A DNA stretch of 37,383 bases from a virus. Lineage: Duplodnaviria > Caudoviricetes. The notes under the pieces were generated by a model. It saw only the letters and a list, made by a program, of their open reading frames with translations. It made no database searches and was not told where the DNA came from. The stretch covers positions 1-37,383 of the IMG/VR virus record IMGVR_UViG_3300005573_000180. One strand, 5' to 3'. Positions 10,401 to 19,135 of this stretch are shown here, piece after piece (position 1 is the stretch's first letter; every line of letters starts with the position of its first letter). The translations under genes and the position numbers were made by a program.

Positions 10401-11421
10401 CCATCTTCTCCGTCGCCGTAGCCGCCGCCACGCCCAGGGCCACCAGCGCCGCCGTCACCGCAAGGATGGGGTTGGCGACCAACACGGCGTTGAGCGCAGC
10501 GAAGGCCGCCGTCAGCGCGGGGATGGCCACGCCGACCCCCGCGATGGCGAGGCCGAGGTTGCGCGCCTGAGGGGACAGGTTCGCAAACCACTTCACCGCG
10601 TCCCCCACCGCTGAGACCACCTGCACGATGGCCTGGCCGATCTCCTGGATCGCCGAACGGGCTTGTTCTGAGGCCGCGAGCTGGCCTAGTTCCCCAACCA
10701 TCTCCTTGATCGCCGGGATGGCTGGAGCCACTGCCTCAGAGACCATCATGGCGATGTCCGCCTTGAGGTTAGCGAAGGCCGCCCCGACCTGGCGCATCTG
10801 TCCCATGGTCGTCTGGGATTGATCCCCCAGCCGCTGCATGGCGCGCTCGCCCTCTTCCATGACCGCCTGCATGAAGGCCGTCTCGCGAGCCAGGCCGGGC
10901 TGGGCCTTCTGTAGCTCCTCGATCCGTTGGCGCACGCGCCCCGCGCTGATGCCGTAGTTATCCAGGCGGGGAATGGATTGGTTGGCCAACATCAAGGCGA
11001 AGCCCTGCATGTCCCCGCCCAGCATGGCGGCCATCTTGGCCAGCTTGCCCGCCTCCTCGGTGCTTTTGGCTAGGCCCATGACCAGGAATTTGTTCGCGGC
11101 GGACAGTAGCTCATCATCTGAGATCAACCCCTGGGTCTCTTGGCGCAGCTTGGCCAGACCCTGCGCGGCCGATTCGCCGCTCAGCCGCTCGAAATTGGTG
11201 CGCAGCTGCTGAGCCTGCGCGCCTACCTGAGCTAGCTCGGCCACCAGCTTCGTCGCCGCCGCCGCGCCGACGGCCACGAGCGCGCCCTGGATAGCCGCGC
11301 CGAGGTTGCCGAAGTTCTCTTTAGCCTCCTGGCAACCCTGCTTGACCTCGCTGAGCCCACGGCGCAATTCCGCCGTATCCGCGCTGATTTTAGCGTATAC
11401 GCTCGCAACCTCTACGGCCAT
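7450..11421 (-). CDS. Tape measure protein
   Basis: ~1320 aa, Ala/Leu/Gln-rich helical. N-terminal VASVYAKISADTAELRRGL, hydrophobic ANPILAV segment. Follows tail chaperones. Confidence 0.92.
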   Translation of the reverse strand: MAVEVASVYAKISADTAELRRGLSEVKQGCQEAKENFGNLGAAIQGALVAVGAAAATKLVAELAQVGAQAQQLRTNFERLSGESAAQGLAKLRQETQGLISDDELLSAANKFLVMGLAKSTEEAGKLAKMAAMLGGDMQGFALMLANQSIPRLDNYGISAGRVRQRIEELQKAQPGLARETAFMQAVMEEGERAMQRLGDQSQTTMGQMRQVGAAFANLKADIAMMVSEAVAPAIPAIKEMVGELGQLAASEQARSAIQEIGQAIVQVVSAVGDAVKWFANLSPQARNLGLAIAGVGVAIPALTAAFAALNAVLVANPILAVTAALVALGVAAATATEKMAAMRAQGKSALEELTAQAQASGMSYEEYTAKAYEVAKAHGALDKSIWNVNYGIRKLRDEGLIPTKAEWMAVQGALQSGGVNIAASGDAFAKFAAQEELFNAGLRNTRQTIDAELGAAALSVANFTGQVSASFAALRDQALADFATGMNQALAQAFSTNEVTQQLVAFQRVVYDHQQAMTQLEEEFANNRLNMQFEYEVQSLQARAEYEARYAALVAAGRTEDALKLQQSFQNQQALSKYGYSIQEQLQQRSLIIQKIQQQKAYIDQLKEQSDQVRRTLALKLTESEGFVKLTAAEQKALLDTIYEGGSKRLQMEREIGERSVEISKLVAQGNVNAAAAQVRAILALQKADIASAEATMKALQNQLANFKVQLPPLPTLDLREITVPDISSPSASRREAERASEPLTKTLAQVAQDIAQGVSAAKQAIRDLLCIELPEGIEQGLEKLGAFMTMAARKLYAISEPLKGELNALKERLEPLNQLMQLISSSAQALKGVEVRKEMPNLDAWGGQILALLVKVNDIVYRSKDIVKVEDAEKFKDQVAALSQLLSLATVDLSRVQLAEEMPNLDAWGQWMLDVLVKVNDIVYRFQRQVPQLDAEVHANVVPQLKALLELVPTNLAGLSLPEEMPSLDAWGQLMLDVLVKVNDIVYRIQRLIRKEDLEKSAERVAQIKPYLELIGANLSNLVPPKKVDIAGWGDVLMAALRRVMGIVSEVRRGISNRVLEQAAKASESLRKIAELLGVDLTKVFILPRNFGAALQSYMAGLDAAVTGIVNWITGKPAAWRALLPQVQEAAASIKEIVSLLGFSDVFQEIIDLKSKGFGEALNRYIADMSTAVTKLVPALNSLKNQTGDALEPAVETAKTIAALMSAIEEIAKATWEAAETGGINFDFMRGLILQLQDAARMLNLMIPENPNPTPVISGPGGAPPPAPVISGPSGPAPEQVEIQLKIALDEDFVPTITDAIIRAVNESAREYILAGLQGAY

Positions 11422-11624
11422 CACTTGCTCCCTTTACGTCTCGGTTGCCTCGCCTCGTCTAGCCGCGCCCAAACGCGCAGCAGGCCCAACAACTCGTGGA
11501 CATCCAATCCGTCCACGTACTCCAGCGACCAGCCCGTCCGTTCCACGACCATGCCGCGCACCACCTCGTAGGGCATCTCCGCATCGTAGCGTAGAGCGCG
11601 GTACGCGGCGGCATCTAGTTTTTT
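11421..11624 (-). CDS. Tail assembly chaperone extension (gpT-like), reached by -1 frameshift
   Basis: The -1 frame after A AAA AAC reads LDAAAYRALRYDAEMPYEVVRGMVVERTGWSLEYVDGLDVHELLGLLRVWARLDEARQPRRKGSK. Its TGA overlaps the tape measure ATG. Confidence 0.8.
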   Translation of the reverse strand, partial: KKLDAAAYRALRYDAEMPYEVVRGMVVERTGWSLEYVDGLDVHELLGLLRVWARLDEARQPRRKGSK

Positions 11625-11899
11625 ACCATCTCAGAGCGCCTGGCTAGCTCCTCGCTGATCGCTCGTGTCAGCGGGAGGAACTCGCCGAACAGGTCCAGCT
11701 CGGCATAGCTCGTGGGGTCCTTTGGGTCGCCGGGAAACTCCCACTCCTCGATCAGCATCGTGGCCAGCTTCACCAAGGCCTCGTAGCCCTGCTCGTCATC
11801 TCGCACCGCGAGCTGGCTCAGGGCCAACATGGGCCAGTTCTGGCGCGCCGGTGTCCTGTCGCGGAACACGACGCGCTTCCCCGCAACCGTGATCTCCAT
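11615..11899 (-). CDS. Tail assembly chaperone (gpG-like)
   Basis: Between tail tube and tape measure; ATG 11899 with AAGGAG RBS. Ends GTA AAA AAC TAG. Confidence 0.8.
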   Translation of the reverse strand: MEITVAGKRVVFRDRTPARQNWPMLALSQLAVRDDEQGYEALVKLATMLIEEWEFPGDPKDPTSYAELDLFGEFLPLTRAISEELARRSEMVKN

Positions 11900-11909
11900 G
11901 TGAGCTCCT

Positions 11910-12344
11910 TTACGCGCCATTAGACCACGTGCCGAAGGTCACCGTCCCCTGGCCGCCCCACTCGACGCTCAATTCCACCACGCCATCATAGGGGATGGTC
12001 ATCTCCGAGCCCGCATGCACGATCACCGGGCAGCTGTACTTCGGCCTGCCGTTCGCCGTGCCATCGCCGCCGGAGAAGACCAGCGTCCCCTCGGTGCCCG
12101 GCGCGAAATAGTTCTGCCAGTAGGCCGTGCCGTCGGTCGTGGCCAATAGGCTCAGGCTGAACGTGTTGGTCTCGCGCACCCACTTCTCCGACGTGTAGGC
12201 GTCGCCGCCCGCCGTCGCATCCACCAGCTCCCCGTCGCGCGTCCAGGTGAACTCGCGGAAATCGCCGTTCAGCACGCACGTCCCGAGAGTCGTGACGAAA
12301 TGCCCATACCAGTTTTTACCCACAAATCGCGTCGCAATGCTCAT
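11910..12344 (-). CDS. Major tail (tube) protein
   Basis: 144 aa Gly/Thr-rich beta protein in canonical position; C-terminal YDGVVELSVEWGGQG. Confidence 0.8.
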   Translation of the reverse strand: MSIATRFVGKNWYGHFVTTLGTCVLNGDFREFTWTRDGELVDATAGGDAYTSEKWVRETNTFSLSLLATTDGTAYWQNYFAPGTEGTLVFSGGDGTANGRPKYSCPVIVHAGSEMTIPYDGVVELSVEWGGQGTVTFGTWSNGA

Positions 12345-12345
12345 G

Positions 12346-12750
12346 TTACCCTCCTAGCTTCTGAATCCTGATCCGATATGTATGTCCTGCGTGATAGTAA
12401 ACCTTGCCGTCCGTTACCTCCCTCAGCGAGATCGCCCGGTCACGGCGCTGCCAAACCACGCCGTAACCGGTCACGTTGATATCCGTCTCCATCGCCTCCT
12501 CGATGCGCGCCGCGATGGTGCCGGCCATATCCTCATCCGCACTGATCGCCTTGATGTCCACGACGCACTCCCGCTCGCGCCGAGGCGTGAGGTTCAGCTC
12601 CTCATCGCTGATCAGCGTGAACACCACGTAGGGCAACGTCGCCCCGCTCGGCGCTAGGCCGTGGTAAACCGCCGCCGTGCCGGAGAGGAGCGCGGTCAGC
12701 GCCGTCGCTGCCGTCAATCGCCCGCGAATGCCTTTCTTGACCTCGTTCAT
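12346..12750 (-). CDS. Tail terminator / tail completion protein (DUF3168-like)
   Basis: VYHGLAPSGATLPYVVF motif; synteny. Confidence 0.8.
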   Translation of the reverse strand: MNEVKKGIRGRLTAATALTALLSGTAAVYHGLAPSGATLPYVVFTLISDEELNLTPRRERECVVDIKAISADEDMAGTIAARIEEAMETDINVTGYGVVWQRRDRAISLREVTDGKVYYHAGHTYRIRIQKLGG

Positions 12751-13085
12751 GCCGGCTCTTCCTTGCTCACGTCGATGCTCGCGCGGAGCGCGCCGGTCTG
12801 AAACGGCGCGATGTCCACAGCGATCCCTTTGGCCATCAGCGCGATCCCCCGCACCGCCTCGTCCAGGCCCTCTAACCCCGACTTCTGGATGGCGGCGGGA
12901 AGCTCCCGCATGGCCTGTTCCACCGCCGGGCGGATGAAGGGCCGCGCGCGCATCTTGGACGTGCCCAGCTCTTGATAGATGCCGTAATGCACACCATCGT
13001 GAAGATAATAGGCGATCTCCCGCGGCAACGCGCCGAGCAATTTATCCAGCTTACTCATGTTCACATACACTTTTACGTCGGCCAT
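12747..13085 (-). CDS. HK97 gp10-like neck protein (motif order apparently permuted)
   Basis: Contains both family motifs YGIYQELGTSKMRARPFIRPA and APFQTGALRASI. Confidence 0.8.
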   Translation of the reverse strand: MADVKVYVNMSKLDKLLGALPREIAYYLHDGVHYGIYQELGTSKMRARPFIRPAVEQAMRELPAAIQKSGLEGLDEAVRGIALMAKGIAVDIAPFQTGALRASIDVSKEEPA

Positions 13086-13086
13086 A

Positions 13087-13449
13087 TTATGTCACCATAT
13101 TGCGAATGATCGCCCGCGTCGCCGTCTTCCAGGCGCTGCCTGGATCGACGCTCAATACCTCGTACCACGTGCCGCCGTAATAGACTCGGTCGCCGGCGAT
13201 GAGCTCCTCGTCGTAGGCGAGGGTCAACAGATACGTGTCCGGCTGGGCGATCTGCTCCGCCGTCTGTCTCTCCGGGGCCGTCTGCGGAGCTAGCCGACAA
13301 GCCGCTGTCGCCTTGGCTATAACGTTTCGCGTCACTGCACCCGTCTCGCTCACCGTCTCCGTCACGCTGTAGAGCACGCAGGAGTCGGGCAGCGCCCCCT
13401 TCTGCACGGCGCGCATCGCCGCTAAATCGTTCGCGTTCAGTAGGCTCAT
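13087..13449 (-). CDS. Head-tail adaptor / head closure protein
   Basis: AGDRVYYGGTWYEVLSV motif; synteny. Confidence 0.75.
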   Translation of the reverse strand: MSLLNANDLAAMRAVQKGALPDSCVLYSVTETVSETGAVTRNVIAKATAACRLAPQTAPERQTAEQIAQPDTYLLTLAYDEELIAGDRVYYGGTWYEVLSVDPGSAWKTATRAIIRNMVT

Positions 13450-13934
13450 TTGACCGCCACCATCCTCAACTCGTGTGCGTCCGTCGGCTCAGCCAGGCGC
13501 ACATCTATAAAACCCACTCCCTGCAAAGCGACCTTCAGGCTCCACGTTACATAGCCCCAACGATGGCGCTGCGCCGGATGCTCGTGCGGGCTGTAGATGT
13601 TCAATAAGATGTCAAGGTTCCCCGCCAAGAGCGTCTGCGCGCAGCGAGCCATGTCCGGGACGGCGATGTCCAGCGTGCCGCCCTTGCGCAACACCCGATG
13701 CATCTCCCGCAGGGCCACCGGTGCGTCATCGCGTTCCAGATGTTCCAGCACGTGATGGCACTCCACGCCCGAAAAACTCCCCTCGGCGAAGGGCAGGGCG
13801 CGGATGTCCCCGGTGACGTCGGCCACGCCGGGGCGGATGTCCAGGCAGAATGCCGGCTCATGGTGCTCGCTCCCCCTGGGGCCGATATTCAGCCAGCATC
13901 CAGGAATTTGGCCAGGCTGAGCACATCCCGCCAT
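13446..13934 (-). CDS. Class I SAM-dependent methyltransferase (type 11-like)
   Basis: LNIGPRG...GDIRALPF...HHVLEHL...EMHRVLRKGGTLDIAVPD. Start chosen at ATG 13934 with GGAGG RBS. Confidence 0.8.
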   Translation of the reverse strand: MAGCAQPGQIPGCWLNIGPRGSEHHEPAFCLDIRPGVADVTGDIRALPFAEGSFSGVECHHVLEHLERDDAPVALREMHRVLRKGGTLDIAVPDMARCAQTLLAGNLDILLNIYSPHEHPAQRHRWGYVTWSLKVALQGVGFIDVRLAEPTDAHELRMVAVK

Positions 13935-14392
13935 ACGCCCTCCCATATCTCCTCGTGGCGGAAGCGCCCTTCCTCCACGAAACCGTACTTATCCTTGTAG
14001 ATGTGCACCATCGGCGCGTTATCCGCATATACCGTGGCCACCACCTTGTGTAGGCCCCCTTCTTTGGCCTTCTCTAGGAGCCAGCCCACCACGCGCGTCC
14101 CCAGGCCCTTGCCATGCTGATCTGGGGCCACGCACACGCCCAATCGCCCCACGCCGATCTTATGCGCGTTGGGCGATAGCTCGATGTGTCCCCAGGCGAC
14201 CGGGCGTCCATAGTCCTCCCACAACCAGCCGAAGACGTGCTTGTCATAGATGATCTGCATCGCTGTGCGCCCCTTGAACCAGGTAAACTGCCGCGAGGTG
14301 TGTTCATCAGCCAAGACCTCGTCCATGAAGGCCGCCAGAAGCTTCTCCTGGTAGGGCGTCACCCGCACCACGCTCAACCCGACCTGCCGCAT
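13889..14392 (-). CDS. GNAT family N-acetyltransferase
   Basis: Acetyl-CoA motif VAPDQHGKGLG and VYADNAPMVHIYKDKYGFVEEG. Confidence 0.9.
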   Translation of the reverse strand: MRQVGLSVVRVTPYQEKLLAAFMDEVLADEHTSRQFTWFKGRTAMQIIYDKHVFGWLWEDYGRPVAWGHIELSPNAHKIGVGRLGVCVAPDQHGKGLGTRVVGWLLEKAKEGGLHKVVATVYADNAPMVHIYKDKYGFVEEGRFRHEEIWEGVWRDVLSLAKFLDAG

Positions 14393-15126
14393 GTCCCCTC
14401 CCGTGGCCAGGGATGCCAGATGACCGTGTCGGGATCAACCCAGATGTCGTATCCCGCCGCGCGCGCCTGCTTGCACCAGCCCACGATGGCCTCCTCGTTC
14501 GGCTCGTTGCTTCGCGCCGCGGCCTCCGCCGTCATCAATAGGCAGGAACCGGCGCTGGCAACTCGGAACGGTTCCTTCGGCCAGTGTTCACGTTGGCTGA
14601 AGCGCTGTCCGTCCAGGTGACGATAGGCCCAGGTATCGTAGAAGAAGCGCCCCTCGCGGGGCAGCCCCCAGAGCACGTAGGGATCATCCTGTCCGTTCGC
14701 CCCCCAATGGCCCCATATCCACGGGGCCACGATGTCCACCCGGTTTTGCCATAGCCTGACTAAGAGCTCCCACTCCCAGATTAGGTCGCTTTCGATCCAT
14801 AGGATGTAGTCCGCCCAGCCGTCCTCTAGTGCCCAGGCCCGGCACTCTGAGGCCAGCTGCGAGACCTGCATGAAACGCGCCGTGTTCTCCACAGAATCCC
14901 ACAGCGGCCCCGCACAATCCTTTTGCCTCACCCGCACGTAACGCTGCCAGGAGGCCCAGGCACACAGGCGCTGATAGGTATCATCCGCGCTATCCCCCTC
15001 CAGGCAGTAGACGCGCAAGCGCTCACGCGGCCAGGCGAGCGCCTCCACCTGGCGGATGAAACGCGCTAGATGTCCCCGCCGTGCCGCGTCACGTAGGATC
15101 GTGCACACCGCCACTTTAGGCAGCAT
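14374..15126 (-). CDS. GT-A fold glycosyltransferase (GT2/Anp1-like)
   Basis: Start ATG 15126 (MLPKVAVCTIL). Motifs LEGDSADDT, YILWIESDL (DxD variant), SAGSCLLM, GYDIWVDP. Confidence 0.75.
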   Translation of the reverse strand: MLPKVAVCTILRDAARRGHLARFIRQVEALAWPRERLRVYCLEGDSADDTYQRLCAWASWQRYVRVRQKDCAGPLWDSVENTARFMQVSQLASECRAWALEDGWADYILWIESDLIWEWELLVRLWQNRVDIVAPWIWGHWGANGQDDPYVLWGLPREGRFFYDTWAYRHLDGQRFSQREHWPKEPFRVASAGSCLLMTAEAAARSNEPNEEAIVGWCKQARAAGYDIWVDPDTVIWHPWPREGTCGRSG

Positions 15127-16366
15127 CTCCCCGCAGCTCCGCTCGATACTCCTCCTCCGACCGCGCCAGCTTGCGGACTTCATCTGCAAGCGGCCCATCC
15201 AACGGCTTGGGCCGGCGCTGGAGGGTATCCTCGACCTCTTCGAGAAACGGCTTCCAGTATTCCCGTGTCACCTTGTCCCAGTCGTACGCTAGGGCCCCCG
15301 CGCGCGCCTTAGCCGCCTCCTCAGCCCGCCGCGCCGTGTCCCAGGAGTAAATCTCCTCTAATGCCTCCACGATGTCCCTCACCGCCACCTGCGCCACGAA
15401 ACTGTTCAATGGCGTGAAGGCCAGCTGCATCGGCTCGATGCACACCCCCGAGAAGGTCAGCTCCGGCATGGATGTCCAGTTCGTGGTGATCACCGGCGTC
15501 CCACAGGCCTGCGCCTCCACGATGGGGATGCCGAATCCCTCATTGCTGGATGGCGAAAGGTGCACGTCGGCCGCTTGATAGATTTTGGCCAGCCCCACGT
15601 CGGGGATGCCCATGTGTAGTTGGAACTGATCCACGTTGTAGATGTTCTCTTTCGGGATGCCCAGAGCCTTCACCAGGGCTTGCAAATCCAGGCCGCCCTC
15701 GGCCGGCGTGATGTCCGTGTGGAGATACAGCACGGCCTCCTCATGGCGCTTGCGGAATTCGTTGAAGGCGATGACGCTCTCGCCAAGGTGCTTGCGGCTG
15801 GGATAGCCCTTGTTCGCCGCCACCATGTCGATGAGGAAGCAGTCCTCCGGGAACCCCAAGAGCCTCTTGACCGCGCGCTTGTCCTCCGGCGGGCAGTAGA
15901 TGCTCGTCTCCACGCCGTGGGGGATGTAACGCGCCGGGATGCCTGCCGCGCGAGCCTCCTCTAGCCCGAAACGGCTGTAGACGAGGGGGTAATCCGCCGT
16001 CTTGGCCCGCCCGGCCACTAAGGGCGGGATGGGCTTATGGTCCACGGGAAACCACGGCGCCCAGGCGCAGCCCAAGCGCCGCCGATAATCGGCCGGCAGG
16101 ACCCAGATGTCCATCAGGCTCACGAAGAGGTCAGCGCGGAAATCTTGCACGATAGCCCCCGCAACGTCGTTGCCCCAAGGGTCATGTACCGCCGGATACA
16201 CCGTCAGCCCACCCCAGGACAATTTGCCCCCCTGGACACCGTACCAGGCGAACTGTGCTATCGCATGCCCTAGCCGCTGCAGGCGTGGCAACAGATAGCG
16301 CGCCTGGATGCCATAGCCCGTATTGGCCCAGAAGACGTTGCTAGACCAGACGATCCTGAGAGACAC
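15116..16366 (-). CDS. GT4 (GT-B fold) glycosyltransferase
   Basis: TGYG N-terminal motif; EGFGIPIVEAQACGTPVI signature. Confidence 0.92.
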   Translation of the reverse strand: MSLRIVWSSNVFWANTGYGIQARYLLPRLQRLGHAIAQFAWYGVQGGKLSWGGLTVYPAVHDPWGNDVAGAIVQDFRADLFVSLMDIWVLPADYRRRLGCAWAPWFPVDHKPIPPLVAGRAKTADYPLVYSRFGLEEARAAGIPARYIPHGVETSIYCPPEDKRAVKRLLGFPEDCFLIDMVAANKGYPSRKHLGESVIAFNEFRKRHEEAVLYLHTDITPAEGGLDLQALVKALGIPKENIYNVDQFQLHMGIPDVGLAKIYQAADVHLSPSSNEGFGIPIVEAQACGTPVITTNWTSMPELTFSGVCIEPMQLAFTPLNSFVAQVAVRDIVEALEEIYSWDTARRAEEAAKARAGALAYDWDKVTREYWKPFLEEVEDTLQRRPKPLDGPLADEVRKLARSEEEYRAELRGDAA

Positions 16367-16376
16367 TTGTCCCCCC

Positions 16377-16754
16377 TTAGGCTTTGATATAGATCACGCG
16401 GTCCCTGCGCGTGTACTCGCTCGCCGACGCCTCAGAGAAGGCATCCTCGCGGTCGATGTCGAACGTACCCCAGCTCTCTGTCTGTTCGCGCAATTCCCTG
16501 GCGCGCTCGGCGAACAGCTGCGCGCGCTGGCTCGCCTGGAAGCTCATCCCGTCGGCGCTAAACGTCGCCTGCTTAGCGTACTTGCGCGCCAGCCACTGGC
16601 AGCAGGCGATGGCCGCGTAGATGACCGAGTTGCCCTCCTGCTCCAGGAAATACTCGATCTCCGCGTCCTGTAGGTCGTACGCCGTGCTGTCGTTGTCCGG
16701 GATCATCAGCCGCACTTTCCCCACGTTCGTGCTCAGGTCATAGGTGAAACTCAT
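16377..16754 (-). CDS. Head-tail connector protein
   Basis: MSFTY...VRLMIPDND...LQDAEIEYFL pattern; position after capsid. Confidence 0.7.
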   Translation of the reverse strand: MSFTYDLSTNVGKVRLMIPDNDSTAYDLQDAEIEYFLEQEGNSVIYAAIACCQWLARKYAKQATFSADGMSFQASQRAQLFAERARELREQTESWGTFDIDREDAFSEASASEYTRRDRVIYIKA

Positions 16755-16939
16755 GTCCCTCGCTCCTTCCCAGGAGGCAGCGATTCGCGGGGGCGAGGCG
16801 TTTTCTTCACTCGCCCCCGTTCCTCTACCTTGCCCAGGGTCCAGTCGATGCGTTCCAGCACCTGGCGCATGTCCCGCAGCTCCTGCAGGATCGCCGCCAA
16901 GAACGCCTGCTCCGCATTCTGTGGTCTAGGCTCAGCCAT
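16751..16939 (-). CDS. Small hypothetical protein
   Basis: ORF between capsid and connector with GAGGAG upstream. Confidence 0.55.
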   Translation of the reverse strand: MAEPRPQNAEQAFLAAILQELRDMRQVLERIDWTLGKVEERGRVKKTPRPRESLPPGKERGT

Positions 16940-16951
16940 CCTCACTCCTCA

Positions 16952-18049
16952 TCAGCTGATCGTCGGATCGCTCCACGAGCCAGAGGTGTTCTGGCACAAC
17001 ACCGCTGCCGTGCGGTCCGCCCCGCAGCCCACGCCGAACTCGAAGAACAGGATGGCGTTCTCCAAGGGGAACTGGCGGATGTGGTCACCAGCTAGGAGGA
17101 TCACCCCCAGGGGGAACTGCGTGGACCGGCGCACCTTCAAGGGGTTGCGCTCGTCCATCGGCCCGTAGCTCTTGTACAGCGCGTAGTAGGTCGTGGGGAT
17201 GCGCCCGCAAGCCCGCACGCGGATCACGCCGTAATCGGTGTTGATCACGCCAAGATACTCCGCGTCCACCTTAGCCACATCCGTGTCCTGACCGTACTGG
17301 ATCAAGGGATCGGGGCGCCGGATGTATCCGGTCACGTTGGTCGTGTTCGTCCAGGAGCTGATGTCCGACCTAGAAACCAGCATGTCGTAGGGGCCATCAT
17401 GCCCATGCTCCCAGAGGTGCTCGACCGCCGTGGTCACGTTGGCCTGAGTGATCCCGTTCAGCGCCAGGTAGTGCGTATGCGAGCTGGTGAATATTCCCCC
17501 GCGATCCGGGCGATAGGGCGGAACGTACGATGGGTCCGCCGTGCCGCCATCGCAGAAGGGCATATCGTAGCCGCTGGAACCAACCGACTGCCTCGTGCTG
17601 CGGAAGAGCTTGGTCAGGATGGTCTTCTGCCAGATGTTGCGCGCCTCGGCGATGCCCATGGCGATATCCGCATCGATCTGCGCTCGCCGCGCCTTGCGCA
17701 ACATGTCCCACGTCCAGCCGAACTGGAAGTCGTAGGCCTTGAGGGGCAGCATGTGCCCGGTCGTGGCCCCGCGCTTCGCATCCGGCCGGCTGTATTCGGT
17801 ATGCTCCTGGAAAGCGTTGGAGACGCCGATGGGGTATTCCAGGGCCATCTCATCCGTCACGCTGACCAGCCCCGCGTAGGGCTGCTCGCTCAGCAGCACG
17901 CCGTTGAAATCATCCAGCGCGTTCGTGATCTCGGTGAGCAATTCCTCATACGTCTCACCGGATTGCAAGCGCACCTTGCTGAGTTCGCCCGCGTCCCAGT
18001 TCGCTGGGAGAGCATACTGTAACAATGCGTTCCTACCCAGAGTAGCCAT
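16952..18049 (-). CDS. Major capsid protein
   Basis: 365 aa, strong GGAGGTG RBS, follows scaffold and decoration genes. Confidence 0.8.
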   Translation of the reverse strand: MATLGRNALLQYALPANWDAGELSKVRLQSGETYEELLTEITNALDDFNGVLLSEQPYAGLVSVTDEMALEYPIGVSNAFQEHTEYSRPDAKRGATTGHMLPLKAYDFQFGWTWDMLRKARRAQIDADIAMGIAEARNIWQKTILTKLFRSTRQSVGSSGYDMPFCDGGTADPSYVPPYRPDRGGIFTSSHTHYLALNGITQANVTTAVEHLWEHGHDGPYDMLVSRSDISSWTNTTNVTGYIRRPDPLIQYGQDTDVAKVDAEYLGVINTDYGVIRVRACGRIPTTYYALYKSYGPMDERNPLKVRRSTQFPLGVILLAGDHIRQFPLENAILFFEFGVGCGADRTAAVLCQNTSGSWSDPTIS

Positions 18050-18061
18050 ATCTCACCTCCC

Positions 18062-18490
18062 TTACGACTGCTTAGCGATGGACTCAGCGCAAGGTCGTAC
18101 GAAAACGGTCGTCGTCGCCTCCGCGATGCCCACGATATAGTTGTAATAACCCGATCCAGCCTGCCCGTCGGCCAACTTGCCCGCCGTCGCCGAAACCCAG
18201 ACGTGCGAGCCGGGCGTCAGGCTGGAAAAACCCGCCACCGGGCCATAGACCACCACGTCCACCTTATCCCCGCTGACCGCGACCGTGCCGCCATCAGGCG
18301 CACTGACCACGATCCCCAGGGGAATCGCCGAACCGATGGTCGACGTCCCGGCAGCAGCCTGCAGCACCGCTCCGGCCGTGCCCATGTATACGCAGTCGCC
18401 CACATATACCGTGTCCCCGGCCGAATAGCGGCGCACGATAGCCCCCTCCAAGGGGCGTACATCCGCTGCCGTCACCGTCAAATTAGCCAT
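18062..18490 (-). CDS. Capsid decoration/cement protein
   Basis: Gly/Ala/Val-rich 142 aa with LTPGSHVWVSATAGKL; between scaffold and capsid. Confidence 0.7.
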   Translation of the reverse strand: MANLTVTAADVRPLEGAIVRRYSAGDTVYVGDCVYMGTAGAVLQAAAGTSTIGSAIPLGIVVSAPDGGTVAVSGDKVDVVVYGPVAGFSSLTPGSHVWVSATAGKLADGQAGSGYYNYIVGIAEATTTVFVRPCAESIAKQS

Positions 18491-18505
18491 ATTGAACCTC
18501 CCTGT

Positions 18506-19135
18506 TTAGTAACGAAATCTCCTTCGCCATTCTTTGCGCTTCTCCTCAAGCGAGACGGCCTCGTTCGCTGGCCCGCGCCCCTCCGTCGCGCCGATGTTCG
18601 CCGCCGGGGGCTGCTTGGCCTGCAAAAGATGCGGGCTGTCTTTGGCCAGGGCCGACAACGCCGCTCGGATCGCCTCCACATTGGGTTGGCCACCCTCGTC
18701 AAACGAGACACCCGAGAAATCGGCCAGACGGTAGGCGTGCTCTGGCTTAATGAAGCCCAACACCGCCGCCTCGCGCTCCACATGGAAACGCAGCCGTTCG
18801 GCCTGCATCTCCGCCTCCAGCGCGGCCAATCGCGCCTCGTATTCCTGCGCCTTCGTCTGCCAGCGCTGGACCTCGCTCATCTCCGCCTCGCGGCGTTTAG
18901 CCTCCGCCGCCTCGTACTCCTCGGCCTTCCTCGCCTTCGCTTTCAGCGCCTCGTAGTCCGCGTACTTCTTCTGTACCCTTGCCAACCTCTCCTGGATCAG
19001 CCGCTCCACCTCCTCCTTGGTGAAGGTCTGCTTCTCCACGGCCTCGGTTTTTTCGGCCTGCTCGGCCTCCGGGACGGTGCCCGTGCTAGAGGTCGCCTCG
19101 GTCTTCACTGCGTCCTGTTCCATTCCCTTATCCAT
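18506..19135 (-). CDS. Capsid scaffolding protein
   Basis: Charged coiled coil with TFTKEEVERLIQERLAR...KYADYEALKAKA motif. Confidence 0.85.
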   Translation of the reverse strand: MDKGMEQDAVKTEATSSTGTVPEAEQAEKTEAVEKQTFTKEEVERLIQERLARVQKKYADYEALKAKARKAEEYEAAEAKRREAEMSEVQRWQTKAQEYEARLAALEAEMQAERLRFHVEREAAVLGFIKPEHAYRLADFSGVSFDEGGQPNVEAIRAALSALAKDSPHLLQAKQPPAANIGATEGRGPANEAVSLEEKRKEWRRRFRY

